From Raja brachyura (taxonomy: Eukaryota), in assembly GCA_963514005.1 (NCBI GenBank), contig OY740804.1:37386001-37450000 (forward strand): 64,000 nucleotides of DNA. Direction: 5' to 3'. The notes under the pieces are model-generated. The model was given only the letters and a program-made list of their open reading frames with translations, did no database searches and was not told the DNA's origin. Below, piece after piece: positions 52,311-64,000 of the stretch (position 1 is the stretch's first letter; every line of letters begins with the position of its first letter). The position numbers and the translations under genes are program-made.

Positions 52311-52841
52311 GCTTCCCGCAAATCCTTAAATTCCGACAGCGCACTCAAGGGACCAGTTGAGGTTACTCGGCAGTCGGAATTTAAGGATTTGTGGGAAGCG
52401 GCTGACGTGAGTGAGGCCGGCAAGTGGCAGGTGAGAGTTGTTCAGACGGAGAGCACTGCCAGAGAAGAGTGGGCCGGCAGAAAACGTTGTAGTTGCAGCC
52501 GGTTCTGCTGTCGGGTCCCGGCGGCCGCTCGCAGTCACCCGAGCTGCTTCCCTCCCTGGAAGTGGCGGCCAGTTCTGCTGTCCGTGCCCGGAGTGTTGCG
52601 GCAGTGGTTAGTGAGTCTGATATGATCCCCGACACCCTCCTTCCCAACATCCTGCCCTCCCCACAACTTTAACCCCTGGCACAGACTCTCCACACACTGT
52701 GAAAGGAACTCTCCCTCCAATTGGATCCTTGAATTAGTATCGTCATTCAATAAGATGACAACTGATGGTCATGGTTAAAAAAACGTTTTTGGGTTGGCAT
52801 TGAATGAACACTGCATCTAACTATGAGAAATCTATTGGTGT

Positions 52842-53085
52842 TTAAGAAGGAACTGCAGATGCTGGATAATCGAAGGTAGACAAAAGTGCTGGAGAAACTC
52901 AGCGGGTGCAGCAGCAGCATCTATGGAGCGAAGGAAATAGGCAATATTTCAGGCCGAAACCCTGAAGGAAATATGCAACGTTTCGGGCCAAAACCCTTCA
53001 GGGTTCCGGTCCGAAACCTTGCCTATTTCCTTCACTCCATAGATGCTGCTGCCTCCGCTGAGTTTCTCCAGCACTTTTGTCTACC
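52842..53085. mobile_element. Palindromic Penelope-derived insertion
   Basis: Inverted arms; perfect 16-bp TSD AGAAATCTATTGGTGT at 52826-41 and 53086-101. Confidence 0.85.
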
Positions 53086-54723
53086 AGAAATCTATTGGTG
53101 TCAGGCGAAGCACAGTGAAGGATACATTGAAGGACAATCTGAAGGGCAAGCTTTTCAATCTTCCAGCTCCATGGTGTAACATGATAGTGTGCTGAGTGGC
53201 TGCTAATGGTATTTAATCAGATCACAGTTGGTTTGACATTTCCACCCCAGATCCAAATCTTTTATTGCAGACTTGCTGGTCTTGCCCTTTGGGAGTCACA
53301 GATTTGTAGTGCACAGGAGGAAGTTATTCTGCTATTAATAAGGAGAGAAAATGTTCGGAAACTCAGCAGGTCAGACAACGTCTGGAAAAGATAAACGGTT
53401 AATGTTTAGGGTCAAAGAACCTTGTCGGAACTGAGAGAGAAAACAAATTAGTGCAGATAGTAGAGGAGGTGGGGAACTCAATGAGTGAAACACAGCGGAT
53501 GTCTCTGATTGATTGAAATAATGTGGTCATTAAGAGGCAGTTAAACTCTTATATGACTGTGTAATGTTTTGCTAATTTGGAAATATAACATAGACCATCG
53601 ATCACCCATTCATACAAGCTTTATGTTATCCACTCCCTACATATTGGAAGCAACCTTTTTAGAGGCCAATTAACCTACAAACCCACATGTCTTTGGGATG
53701 TGGGAGGAAACCAGTGCACCCAGATGAAACCCACGCTGTCACAGGGAGAATGAGCAAACTGCACCCAGACAACGCCCAAGGTCAGGATTGAACCAAGGTC
53801 TCTGGCGCTGTGAGGCAGCAGCTCTACCAGCTTGCGCCCTTGTAGGGACCTAAGACTAGGTGATGCTGGGTAGTCAGGTCCTCTGGGACATGGCCAGCAG
53901 GCCAAGATATACAAATGGAGGGAAAAAAGGATGGCAGGCATAAATGCCCAGTGCTGATACGAAGAGATTGAAGGAACGAGTTATCATAGAAACATAGACA
54001 CATAGAAAAATAGGTGCAGGAGTAGGCCATTCGGCCCTTCGAGCCTGCACCGCCATTCAATGTGATCATGGCTGATCATCCAACTCAGTATCCCGTACCT
54101 GCCTTCTCTCCATACCCCCTGATCCCTTTAGCCACAAGTGCCACATCTAACGCCCTCTTAAATATAGCCAATGAACTGGCCTCAACTACCTTCTGTGGCA
54201 GAGGTTATCCAAGGCTGTTGACACCAATACTGAGTCCTGCAGGCAGCAATAGAGTTATACAACAGAATAACAGGCCCTTTGGCCCAACTTGTCCATACCG
54301 ACCAAGATGTCTATCCAAGCTAGTCCCAATGTGGCCAGATAAAGGATGTGTTGTTCCTTCAGCTTGCTTGGGAACAGTGCATGGCCCACAGATAAAGAGG
54401 TGGGGGTGGGATGGAGAGTTCAAATGGCACGCAACTGAAGGCTCCCGCGAACTGAATGCTGGAGCTGTGCAAAGCGATCACTCAATCTCCATTTGATTTC
54501 TCAATGTAGAGGAGGCCATATTGCGAAGGGCTAAATGCACTACATTAGAATGGAAGAAGTTCAAATGTGACAAAGAGCTGGGTGAATCGCAGTGGTGATG
54601 ATACAGGTCTTCAGAGGCTTGTGGGCTAGCAATTGCGAGCTGGAATCCATGGGCCATCAGGTTTCTTCAACTAGAAGCTGGTGTATCCCATTCATTGACC
54701 TATTCACTCTTATTGTATTCCAG

Positions 54724-54735
54724 GTTACCCGATAG
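54724..54735 (+). CDS. TAFA3: TAFA/FAM19A terminal coding exon (V-T-R-stop)
   Basis: Pyrimidine-rich tract ..tcttattgtattccAG|GTT ACC CGA TAG completes KVKTTKVTR*, the C-terminus known for TAFA3/4; followed by about 1.2 kb free of recognisable repeats. Confidence 0.8.
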   Translation, partial: VTR

Positions 54736-55935
54736 TCCTTTGGGAAAAAGGGAGGCAGTGTTTTACTTGTAAAAGCCAGAAAAGTGTTCCATCGTTCATC
54801 TGTGGGGGGGGGGGGGGGGGACAGAATGGACCGGTTAACCTGAATTCTACTTTGTTCCCAAGCAGCTGCTTTTGTCCGAATGGGAATCGCTGCGTCTCCC
54901 AAAGGAACGTCAGATATAACGAGTGCAGTCGGGACACTGCACAGGAGGGCAGAAGCATCGGAGAGCCTCTAGTGAAGGGTGAAAGATGTGCTGCTGGACA
55001 AGACAAAGACCAGGGTGTCCATGAAGTATCCTCAACAACACACGCCACGGGATGGACACGGGTCACCCTGAAAGCCCAGCTTGCCTCCAGCCTGCTGCAG
55101 CCTGAGGGAAGAGGGACAGCTCGCTCCAGCCCCTTGTGTTTCGCAGAGAGACTATTCCCCGTTATCTCTTTCCCCAGACCAGATATAACTCAGTATGAAC
55201 AAAGCTGTGACCAAAAACTCTGACATAAAACAGCCTTCAAAGGGGAAGGAAAATCATGTTGATCTTCACAATCCAATGATGCTTCAGGGTTTTTATGGCC
55301 ACTCTACATTCAATTCCAGTCGATGAAACAGCCCTTCGGATTTAAGCTGCTTCAACCGGTCACCTATGTGGAGAAGCCGGCGTTGACAGCAGTACAGCCT
55401 TTGCCTGGTCTGCAGCATCTCCTACATCCACTAGAGACTCGTGCGAATACTTAATGGCGGTAATAGTGAGTTGGAGTTGAGTCCACAGTGACAATTGTTT
55501 GTCAAGTTTCAAGGCAGTGGAAGCCTGACTGGATCCATCCACCACTAGCTTCAGTGGGCCTGGTTACACTGCGGCAAAGCTTCTGGAAGCAGTGGTTCTA
55601 TTGGGATGATTCCCTGCCTCCAATTGCTCAATTACATACCGACATTGAAGGCCTGGTCCTCATTTTTATCACAGGTCTGCTGATGACTTCTTGAGTCTGA
55701 GTAGTGAAAATTAATCTGATCTTGTGATGATTGTAGACCCCAGTTAAACTGTATATAACTGTACAAATTCAGAGTTAATACATGTTAATGTCTGATAAAG
55801 ATTATGGCTTATGTTTTGAATTTCATTGCCATTAATATTTGTAAATGATCGACACAGTGACTGGGTTGTCCAGCATTGGATCCCTCCCTTTTGCACTGGA
55901 GTGGCTCTTATTAAAGTGACAGATACTATTCCCAG
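54736..55935 (+). other. Probable TAFA 3'UTR with candidate polyA signal ATTAAA at 55910-55915
   Basis: Repeat-free stretch after the stop codon; the end point is inferred. Confidence 0.5.
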
Positions 55936-56723
55936 TGACCGTGAGCCCTTGGTGCATGTTCATACATCACAAAGTATCCTCAGCCTTTGATAGTGTTGAC
56001 TATTCCACCCTCTCCCAGTGGCTCTCGGCCATTGTCTCACCAGATGAGATGGGCTTCATTCCCAACTCTCGTAAGAATTATGTTTCCCAACAATCTATCC
56101 TTTATCTCCTCCTAGTCATCCTCTCACCACCATTACCCAAAAATACATTAGATCCTCGTCCACTGACAATTGGTCTCTACAGCATGATCACCTTCTGCCT
56201 CCCCCTATATTGTCTTCCCATCCAACATCCCATCCCTCGTACAAACAGAAGTTTCATCTGGTGACATATAGTGATAGAGTGACTGAGAGCGGAAACAGGC
56301 CCTTCAGCCCAACTTGCCCACACCAGCCAACATGTCCCAGCCGCACTGGTCATATGAGACAAGTTGTAAGTGATAGGAGCGGAATTAGGCCATTCAGCCC
56401 GTCGTCTACTCAGCCATTCAATCATCGCTGATCTATCTCTTCCTCCTAACCCCATTCTCCTGCCTTCTCCCGATAACCTCTGACACCTGAACTAATCAAA
56501 AAATTCCTGCCCGCATTTAATCCATATACCTCCAAATCTGTCATATCCATTGTCCAACCAGATGAGATGGGCTTCTTTCCCAACTCTCGTAAGAATTATG
56601 TTTCCCAACAATCTATCCTTTATCTCCTCCTAGTCATCCTAGTCATGTACCTGTCTAACTATTTCTTAAACGTTAGGATAGTCCCTGCCTCAACTGCCTC
56701 TTCTGGCAGCTTGTTCCATACAC

Positions 56724-57608
56724 CCATATAACCATATAACAATTACAGCACGGAAACAGGCCTTCTCGGCCCTTCCAGTCCGTGCCGACCATTTTTTTCC
56801 CCTAGTCCCATCTAACTGCACTCAGACCATACCCCTCCATTCCCTTCCCGTCCATATACCTATCCACTTTACTTGTAAATGTTAAAATTGATCCTGCCTC
56901 CACCACTTCTGCAGGAAGATCATTCCACACAGCCACCACTCTCTGAGTAAAGAAATTCCCCCTCATGTTACCCCTAAACTTCTGTCCCTTAATTCTCATG
57001 TCATGCCCTCTTGTTTGAATCTTTCCTATCCTCAATGGGAAAAGCTTATCCACGTCAACTCTGTCTATCCCTTTCATCATTTTAAAGACCTCAATCAAGC
57101 CCCCCCTTAACCTTCGGCGCTCCAAAGAATAAAGACCTAACTTGTTCAACCTTTCTCTGTACTTAGTTGCTGGAACCCAGGTAACATTCTAGTAAATCTC
57201 CTGTGTACTCTCTCTATTTTGTTGACATCCTTCCTATAATTAGGCGACCAAAATTGTACATCATACTCCAGAATTGGTCTCACCAATGCCTTGTACAATT
57301 TTAACATTACTTCCCTACTCCTATATGCAATGCTCTGATTTATAAAGGCCAGCACACCAAAAGCTTTCTTTACCACCCTATCTAGATGCAATTCCACCTT
57401 CAGGGAACTATGCACAGTTATTCCTAGATCCCTCTGTTCCACAGCATTCCTCAATTCCCTACCATTTACCATGTACGTCCTATTTTGATTTGTCCTGCCA
57501 AGATGTAGCACCTCACACTTATCAGCATTAAACTCCATCTAGCATCTTTCAGCCCACTCTTCCAAATGGCCCAAATCTCTCTGGAGACTTTGAAAATCTA
57601 CTTCATTC
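56724..57608 (-). mobile_element. Young CR1 LINE 3' fragment nested in an older CR1 3'UTR
   Basis: ORFs 57146-57538 and 56802-57149 (MEFNADKCEVLHLG, LVRPILEYDVQFWSP, LERRRLRG); (TATGGTTA)n tail. Confidence 0.9.
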
Positions 57609-59339
57609 ACCCACCAACCTTTGTGTGAAAAAGTTACCCCTCAGATTCCTATTAAATCTCTTCACTGCAAATCTATGTCCTATGACATATGAGAAGATCA
57701 GGACAGCTGGGGCCCAGGTTCATTTTACTGGGATCGTGATGTGGGATTAGTCAGCACCAATGAGAGGTTGATAGCTGCCAGGACTCGGTGAGCCAGTGGC
57801 TTTTTTTCCACGATGAGCGGCTCTTTGACTTTCTCAGCCATGAATTCTGATACAGATTACATTCCAGCTTTGTTTTGACTAGCAATTGACACAATGGCTT
57901 TGTGCAACTGACAGCAACAGTAAATGCGCTGTTGAATGTCTATAGATAACGACAGGGATCAATCTAAAACTCGTTTGAGTTTGGAGTCGTGCAGTCGTAC
58001 AGCACGGAAACAGGACCTTCAACCCACTCATCCACACCGACCAAGACTAGTCCATTTGGCCTATATCCCTTGTTAATTTTCCTATCCATGTTTTTGTCCA
58101 CATGTATTTTAAATGTTGTTATAGTACCTACCTCAATTACTTCCTCTGGCAGCTGGTTCCATATACCCATCACCCAAAGGCAGAGATAGGCACATTCTTG
58201 ATTAGAATGGGTGTCAAGGGTTATGGGGAGAAGGCAGGAAAATGGGATTAAGAAGCAGAGATCAGCCATGGTTGAATGATGGAACGAACCTGATGGGCCA
58301 AATGGCCTTAACTCCTACAATTTGTGAACAAGTGAGCCCTCTGTGTGAAAAAGATGCCCCTTAAGTTCCTCTTAAATCTTTCTCCTCTCACCTATGTTCT
58401 CTTGTTCCTGATTTCGTAACCCTGAGAAAAAGATTCTGTGCATTCCCCTCATGAATTTATACATTTTTAGATAATCACTCCTTAGCCTCCAGTGTTCCAA
58501 GGCGTGTTCCTAGCCTGCCCAATTGTTCCCTAAAGATCAGGCCTTCAAAATTCTAGCAACGTCCTCAAAAGCACTTATCAAAATATTCTCAATAGCTGAA
58601 GGGCTGGGATAGGTGGATGTTTTTCACCTGGGAGACAATGAGAAAGGAAACCTTAATTTTCTGTGTTCAATATTTTTTCCAAATTCTCTACATGGGATAT
58701 TGCAGACTCCATGGGTTTCTGCTGCTATACTGAAAGCTTTGGGAAAAAGAGATGCATAGAATGAGATTAGTAATGTAGTCAGAGGGGGATCAGACAAATT
58801 CACAGAAAGAGGTTGGTGTAGATTAATGCCAACAGTCATACCCCAAACGCCTGGATGAAGTGGCACAAGACATTCAATGACCTCATGTGTGGACAAGATC
58901 GAAGAATGGACCCACTAACATTAAACACTGCTCACTTCACACCGTTATTGAGGACTTACAAACAATTTCTTTCAAAGATAGACATAAAAAACTGGAGTTC
59001 AGACCGCATCTGTGTAGAAAAAGAACAGGTAACGTTTCAGGTTGAGACCCTTCTTCAGACTGAGAGTCAGGGGAAAGGGATACAAAAGTTATAGACTGTG
59101 ATGTCGGGAAATATAGAACAAGTGAATGAAAGATGCAAAAAGGTAACGATGATAAAGGAAACTGTCCATTGTTGGCTGTGGGTGAAAATTACTATAGACA
59201 ATGAGACTAAACAAGACTACTTTGAAGCTGGTCCGACTTGTGTGGAGGATTAACCCTTGCATCCCGCCTCCCTCCGACACTCCCTCACCCAATCATAAAA
59301 GGCAAGATCTTCACATGGATGGTCGTGAGTAGATGGAAC

Positions 59340-59990
59340 AAAATAGACACAAAATGGTGGAGTAACTCAGTGGGTCAGGCAGCATCTTTGAAGCAAAGGA
59401 ATGTGATATGTTGAGTTGAGACCAGACTGAGAGTCAGGGGTGAGAGAAACTAGAGGTATGAAAAGGTACAGAAGAAATCAGGGCCCTCCCTGATGGCCCA
59501 TGAGCCCACAATGGTCCATTGTTGGCTGTGAAAAAAGTGATAACAAAAGGTTACGAACAGTGAAACTAGCAAGACGATTATGGTGGTAAGAGCCGGAGAG
59601 ATCGGGAAAGCAAGGGTTACTTGAAATTAGAGAAATTAATATTCATACCGCTGGGCTGTAAACTGCCCAAGCAAAATATGAGGTGCTGTTCCTCTAATTT
59701 GCATGTGGCCTCACTCTGACAGTGGAGGAGGCCCAGGACGGTAAGGTCAGTGTTGGAATGAGAAGAGGAGTTAAAGTGTTTGTCAACTGTCAGAATGCAC
59801 AGACCAAGGCAGACTGAGCGAAGGTGTTCAGTGAAACGTTTGCCCAGTCTACGCTTGGTCTTGCCGATATTTAGGAGTCCACACCTAGAACAACGGATAC
59901 AGTAGATGCGGTTGAAGGAGGTGCAAGTGAACCTCTGCCTCACCTGAAAGGGCAGTCGGGGTCCCTGGAGAGATTCGAGGGAGGAGGTAT
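59340..59990 (-). mobile_element. Penelope-like element, GIY-YIG fragment and 3' repeat
   Basis: FQVRQRFTCTS.N.IYCIRCSRCGLL.IGKTKRRLG.RF.EHLRSV...HFN...LEEQHLIF. Confidence 0.85.
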
Positions 59991-60339
59991 AGTGACGGGG
60001 TATAACTAGCTGTCTGAGGAAGTGGTTGTCAAGGGTACAAGTATGACATTTAAAATACATTTGGACAGATAAATGGATACAAGAGGAATATGGGCCAAAC
60101 GCAGGCAAATGGGGCAATCAGTTGAGGCAGCTTTCTCGGCATGAGCTCTATGGGGAGGAGTGACGAGAAAGTTACATTGTGGAACTCAGTCAGAAGTAAA
60201 GTCTTTACGGAGAAGAGGGATATGTAGACCTGTAGATGTGGAGAGGTTTAAAGAGTTCCAGCATCAATAGAGAAAATCTAAGGGTCAAGTCTTTCCAATC
60301 TTTTATTTTTTTACTTGTCAAGATAGAGATATTTATCAA

Positions 60340-60528
60340 AGATCGACACAAAAAGCTGGTGTAACTCAGCGGGTCAGACAGCATCTCTAGAGGAAAGGAA
60401 CAGGTGATGTTTTGGATCTGAAGATGTCACCTGTTCCTTTTCTCCAGAGATGCTGTCTGTCCCCCTGAGTTACTCCAGATTTTTGTGTCTATCTTCGGTT
60501 TAAACCAGCATCAGTAGTTCCTTCCTAG
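60340..60528. mobile_element. Palindromic Penelope-derived insertion
   Basis: Inverted arms GTAACTCAGCGGG..CAGCATCTCT / AGAGATGCTG..CTGAGTTAC. Confidence 0.75.
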
Positions 60529-61530
60529 ACAGATGGCAACCACTGTTTAGAAGCATCTTATAATTTCAGTTCCATCAGATATGTAATGTTTGTGGAGACT
60601 TAAGAGGTTGCAGATGCTGAAATCTGGAGCAAACACAAATTACCAGAGCAACTCAATGGACCAGGCAACATCTGTGGAGAAAAATAGATGGTCAATCTTT
60701 TGGGCGGAGACCCCATCATCTGGACTGAAAGAGTAGAGATGACAGAGACATTATTAAGAGGTGAGGGGGTAAGAGTGGAACAAGAGCTGGCCATCAATAG
60801 ATGGGTCCAGCTGAGGAGGGGTAGATTGGTAGATGGAGTCTGGTGGGACAGGGAATAGTGGAGATAGTCAACGAGGCTGGGAGGGGAAAAGGGGAGACAA
60901 CATAGAAACATAGAAATTAGGTGCAGGAGTAGGCCATTCGGCCCTTCGAGCCTGCACCGCCATTCAATATGATCATGGCTGATCATCCAACACAATATCC
61001 CGTACCTGCCTTCTCTCCATACCCTCTGATCCCCTTAGCCACAAGGGCCACATCTAACTCCCTCTTAAATATAACAACAAAAGGCTGCAGGTTGTAGAAT
61101 CTGATAAGTAAGTAAGTAAGTTTATTGGCCAAGTATTCACATACAAGGAATTTGCCTTGGTGCTCCACCCACAAGTAACAACATGACATACAGTGACAGT
61201 TACTAATGACTCAGAAAACGGTAAACATTAATAATAATAAAACATTAATGATAAAACACCATTGATCAAGCATGTGAACCAACAAGAAAGGAAGAGTGGA
61301 ACCAAAGAAGGGAGAGATGGTGGGCAGAGGGGAACCATGGGAGGAAGGGATCGGGACCCATTGTGAGGAGTGCGTGAGTGGATGAGTATTTGTCTTTGCT
61401 ACGTCTAGTTTAATGTTTCCCCTTTAATCATGTTCAAGTTTAAACCGTAAACGTTGAAGTACTTACCTGCTTTATCCCAACATAAGGCAGCAGGGTGCTC
61501 TCCATCCCTGTGTAACAACTAGGAGTATAA

Positions 61531-62200
61531 AGGGCCTGTCCCACTTAGGAGACCTAAGCAGCAACCTCTGGTGACCTTGTTCGCCACCAAAAAAAAAAAA
61601 TCAAGGTTGAGGTGACGAGAACGGAGACGAGGAAACACTTTTTCTCACAGAGAGTGGTGAGTCTGTGGAATTCTCTGCCTCAGAGAGCGATGGAGGTTCC
61701 CTGGATGCTTTCAAGAGAGAGCTAGATAGGGCTCTTAAAAATAGCGGAGTCAGGGGATATGGAGAGAAGGCAGGAACGGGGTACTGATTGGGGATGATCA
61801 GCCATGATCACATTGAATGGCGGTGCTGGCTCGAAGGGCCAAAGGCCTACTTCTGCACCTATTGTCTATTGTGTATTGTGTATTGTCTATTGTGACCTGC
61901 AACCTCCTACCACCTCCCATGCATATGTTGAAAACCTTCCTCGACTGAAGAAAACCGGCTTCGACTAGACCTGTGACAAAAAAATGATCGATTTTTAAGA
62001 CGGCAAACTATTTTTAGTCGAGGCCGGTTTTAATCATGATGAAAAAATAGCAGCAACCTAGATGAAGCCTCGACCACGTGGAAACCACTTTCGACCATTA
62101 AGGAGAGTGACCAAAACCTCCGGTGACCTCATGGAAACCTTGGGTGGCGGGCAAGGTCACCAGAGGTTGCTGTTTAGGTCTCCTAAGTGGGACAGGCCCT
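61531..62200. mobile_element. PIF/Harbinger-type MITE containing a CR1 3' fragment (about 61618-61891)
   Basis: TIRs AGGGCCTGTCCCACTTAGGAGACCTAA / TTAGGTCTCCTAAGTGGGACAGGCCCT; nested CR1 with (TATTG)-like tail. Confidence 0.85.
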
Positions 62201-62771
62201 TTACACGTTTTACCATTCAGTGGAATATCAAAACCTTGCATTAATAGCCTGATGATAATCGTTACTGAATAACCTAAATGGGCCAAGTCTGCACCAAGAA
62301 TTTGGTCTGGAACCCAGATCGTAGTTAAGGCTTTGCCTCTCAATCTTCAAATTCCAAAGTCTTTGCCCGAAAGTTGCTCGAAGGACCATCTATTAATGAT
62401 TCATTGAAGATATTCACTTGGCATTCAAAACCCTTAGCAGATAATTGGATCTTCAGCTTCTCTTTCCAACTGATGAGATTTAAGGATAAAGATTAAACAA
62501 AGATGATAGATAGGAAAGAAGACTGAACAAGAATTAAATTGGGCATGGTAAGGGAAACTAAGAGATGGAAGGAATAATTAGTAAGTGAGAAACAGGAAAA
62601 GCAAGACAAACATTTCTGAATATATAGGAATCATTTATTATTTGTTGGAATGGGATAACATAATGTTAATTCTTTCCTTTCTGGACCAACTGAATTTACA
62701 TTTGGGAGTAATGATCTTCTTATTAAGAGGGTGCTTTGGCTGTAACGTACCCTGGTCTAGTTTTCTGTGGT

Positions 62772-63078
62772 TCGCATGGTGGTGTAGTGGTAGAGCTACT
62801 GTCTTACTGCTTGTCTGTACGAAGTTTGTACGTTCTCCCCATGACCTGCGTGGGTTTTCTCCGGGTGCTCCGGTTTCCTCCCACACTCCAAAGACATACA
62901 GGTTTGTAGGTTAATTGGCTTGGTATAATTGCAAATTGTCCCTAGTGTGTGTAGGATAGTGATAATGTCCAGGGATCGCTGGTCGGTGCTGACTCGGTGG
63001 GCCGAAGGGCCTGTTTCCACGCTGTATCTTCAAACTAAACTAAACTAAACTAAACTAAACTAAACTAAACTAAACTAA
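62772..63078 (+). mobile_element. HE1/V-SINE-type SINE with expanded (CTAAA)n tail
   Basis: Family core plus about 9 CTAAA units ending at 63078. Confidence 0.8.
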
Positions 63079-63189
63079 AGTCTTGTCTTTTTGGTGGCTG
63101 CCTCGGCATTGAAGAGGACCTGCTTCCACTCTGGTTTTGTAGGTTCTGGGGTGACCAACGAGGACAGTTTGGGAAAAGCTGATTCTTCA

Positions 63190-63429
63190 GGGTGCTGACT
63201 GTGTGGAGTTTGCACGTTCGCCTTGTTCCCCATGGGTTTCCTCTGGGAGCACTGGTTTCCTCCCACATCCCAAAGACGTGCGGGTTTGTTGGTTAACTTC
63301 CTCTGTAAATAGCCCCTAGGACGTAAGAAGTGTATGAGAAAGTGGGATAACGTAGAAATAGTGTGAACATGTGATTGATGGACTTGGTGGCCGAAGGGCC
63401 TGTGTCCCTGCTGTATCTCTAAACTAAAC
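63190..63429 (+). mobile_element. HE1/V-SINE-type SINE, 5'-truncated
   Basis: GGTTTCCTCCCACATCCCAAAGAC core and CR1-derived tail. Confidence 0.7.
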
Positions 63430-64000
63430 CTCCCAATGGGGAAGGAGGTGCTTATGCAATTGGCAGGTGGGCAGTTTGAGAGATGGTTGGTTTCTTCCTC
63501 TCTATGCTCCTGATGCATGGATTCAAGATTGCCAATGCCATTCAGAAAGCCCATCCTCCACTTTGAGCGGTCATGGTCCAGAGAGAACATGAGTCAGTGG
63601 TAATATTGTACTTCTCCAAGGAAGCTTCGTGTGCATCATCAAATCTACCTGGTAATCTCTTCCTACAAAGAAGCTGAGAATAGACTGTCTCTGAAGTCGT
63701 GTTGACCTCGGTGAGCTGGAAAGATTTTGCCGTGACAATCCCGGATGCATTTTTCCAATGCTTTGCCGAGTGTCCGATGGAGTCTGATTTTAACTTATAA
63801 ATGCATTCAATTCCCAGAACCTATGGAGAGGTCAAGACCTTGATATTATTTTCATGAGCTAAGCAGTAACCTGTGGCAATTTCTAACTTGCATCGTGCTG
63901 TCAGGGAGGTTGAAGTGGTTTCTTACTGACTGTTCAAAACCTTGGGTTTTCCGAGAATGACAGTTACCCAAAGTCTGATATGTTCCTGCTTCCTGCAATC

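Noticed and set aside
54725-55223. ORFs of 113 and 123 aa after the TAFA stop
   Set aside because: No recognisable motifs; best explained as chance frames in the 3'UTR

Overview
Repeat-dense vertebrate genomic DNA, most likely from a cartilaginous fish (skate or ray, inferred from HE1/V-SINE-type SINEs and the CR1 and Penelope families). One host gene can be rebuilt by eye on the + strand: a TAFA/FAM19A secreted neurokine, best match TAFA3. Its four coding exons (15590-15704, 39420-39572, 42543-42667, 54724-54735) give 134 aa with GT-AG introns in consistent phase. The introns hold a structurally complete but mutated DIRS1-type tyrosine-recombinase retrotransposon (26477-31640) nested in a CR1, and an internally deleted IR/DR Tc1. 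They also hold seven PIF/Harbinger-type MITEs, a 1-kb TIR element with an apparent 7-bp TSD, and CR1, L2, Rex1, Vingi and Penelope fragments. Most notable: a 140-nt Vingi-type element whose 5' end folds as a minimal HDV-like ribozyme; Penelope-derived insertions carrying hammerhead-like cores; a non-autonomous family that keeps one covarying hairpin while swapping 3' tails among three LINE partners; one such copy splitting the 3' splice site of TAFA coding exon 3; and an in-frame internal donor that could delete the TAFA signal peptide. All calls are by inspection, with no database searches, and repeat boundaries are approximate unless a TSD or TIR is given.
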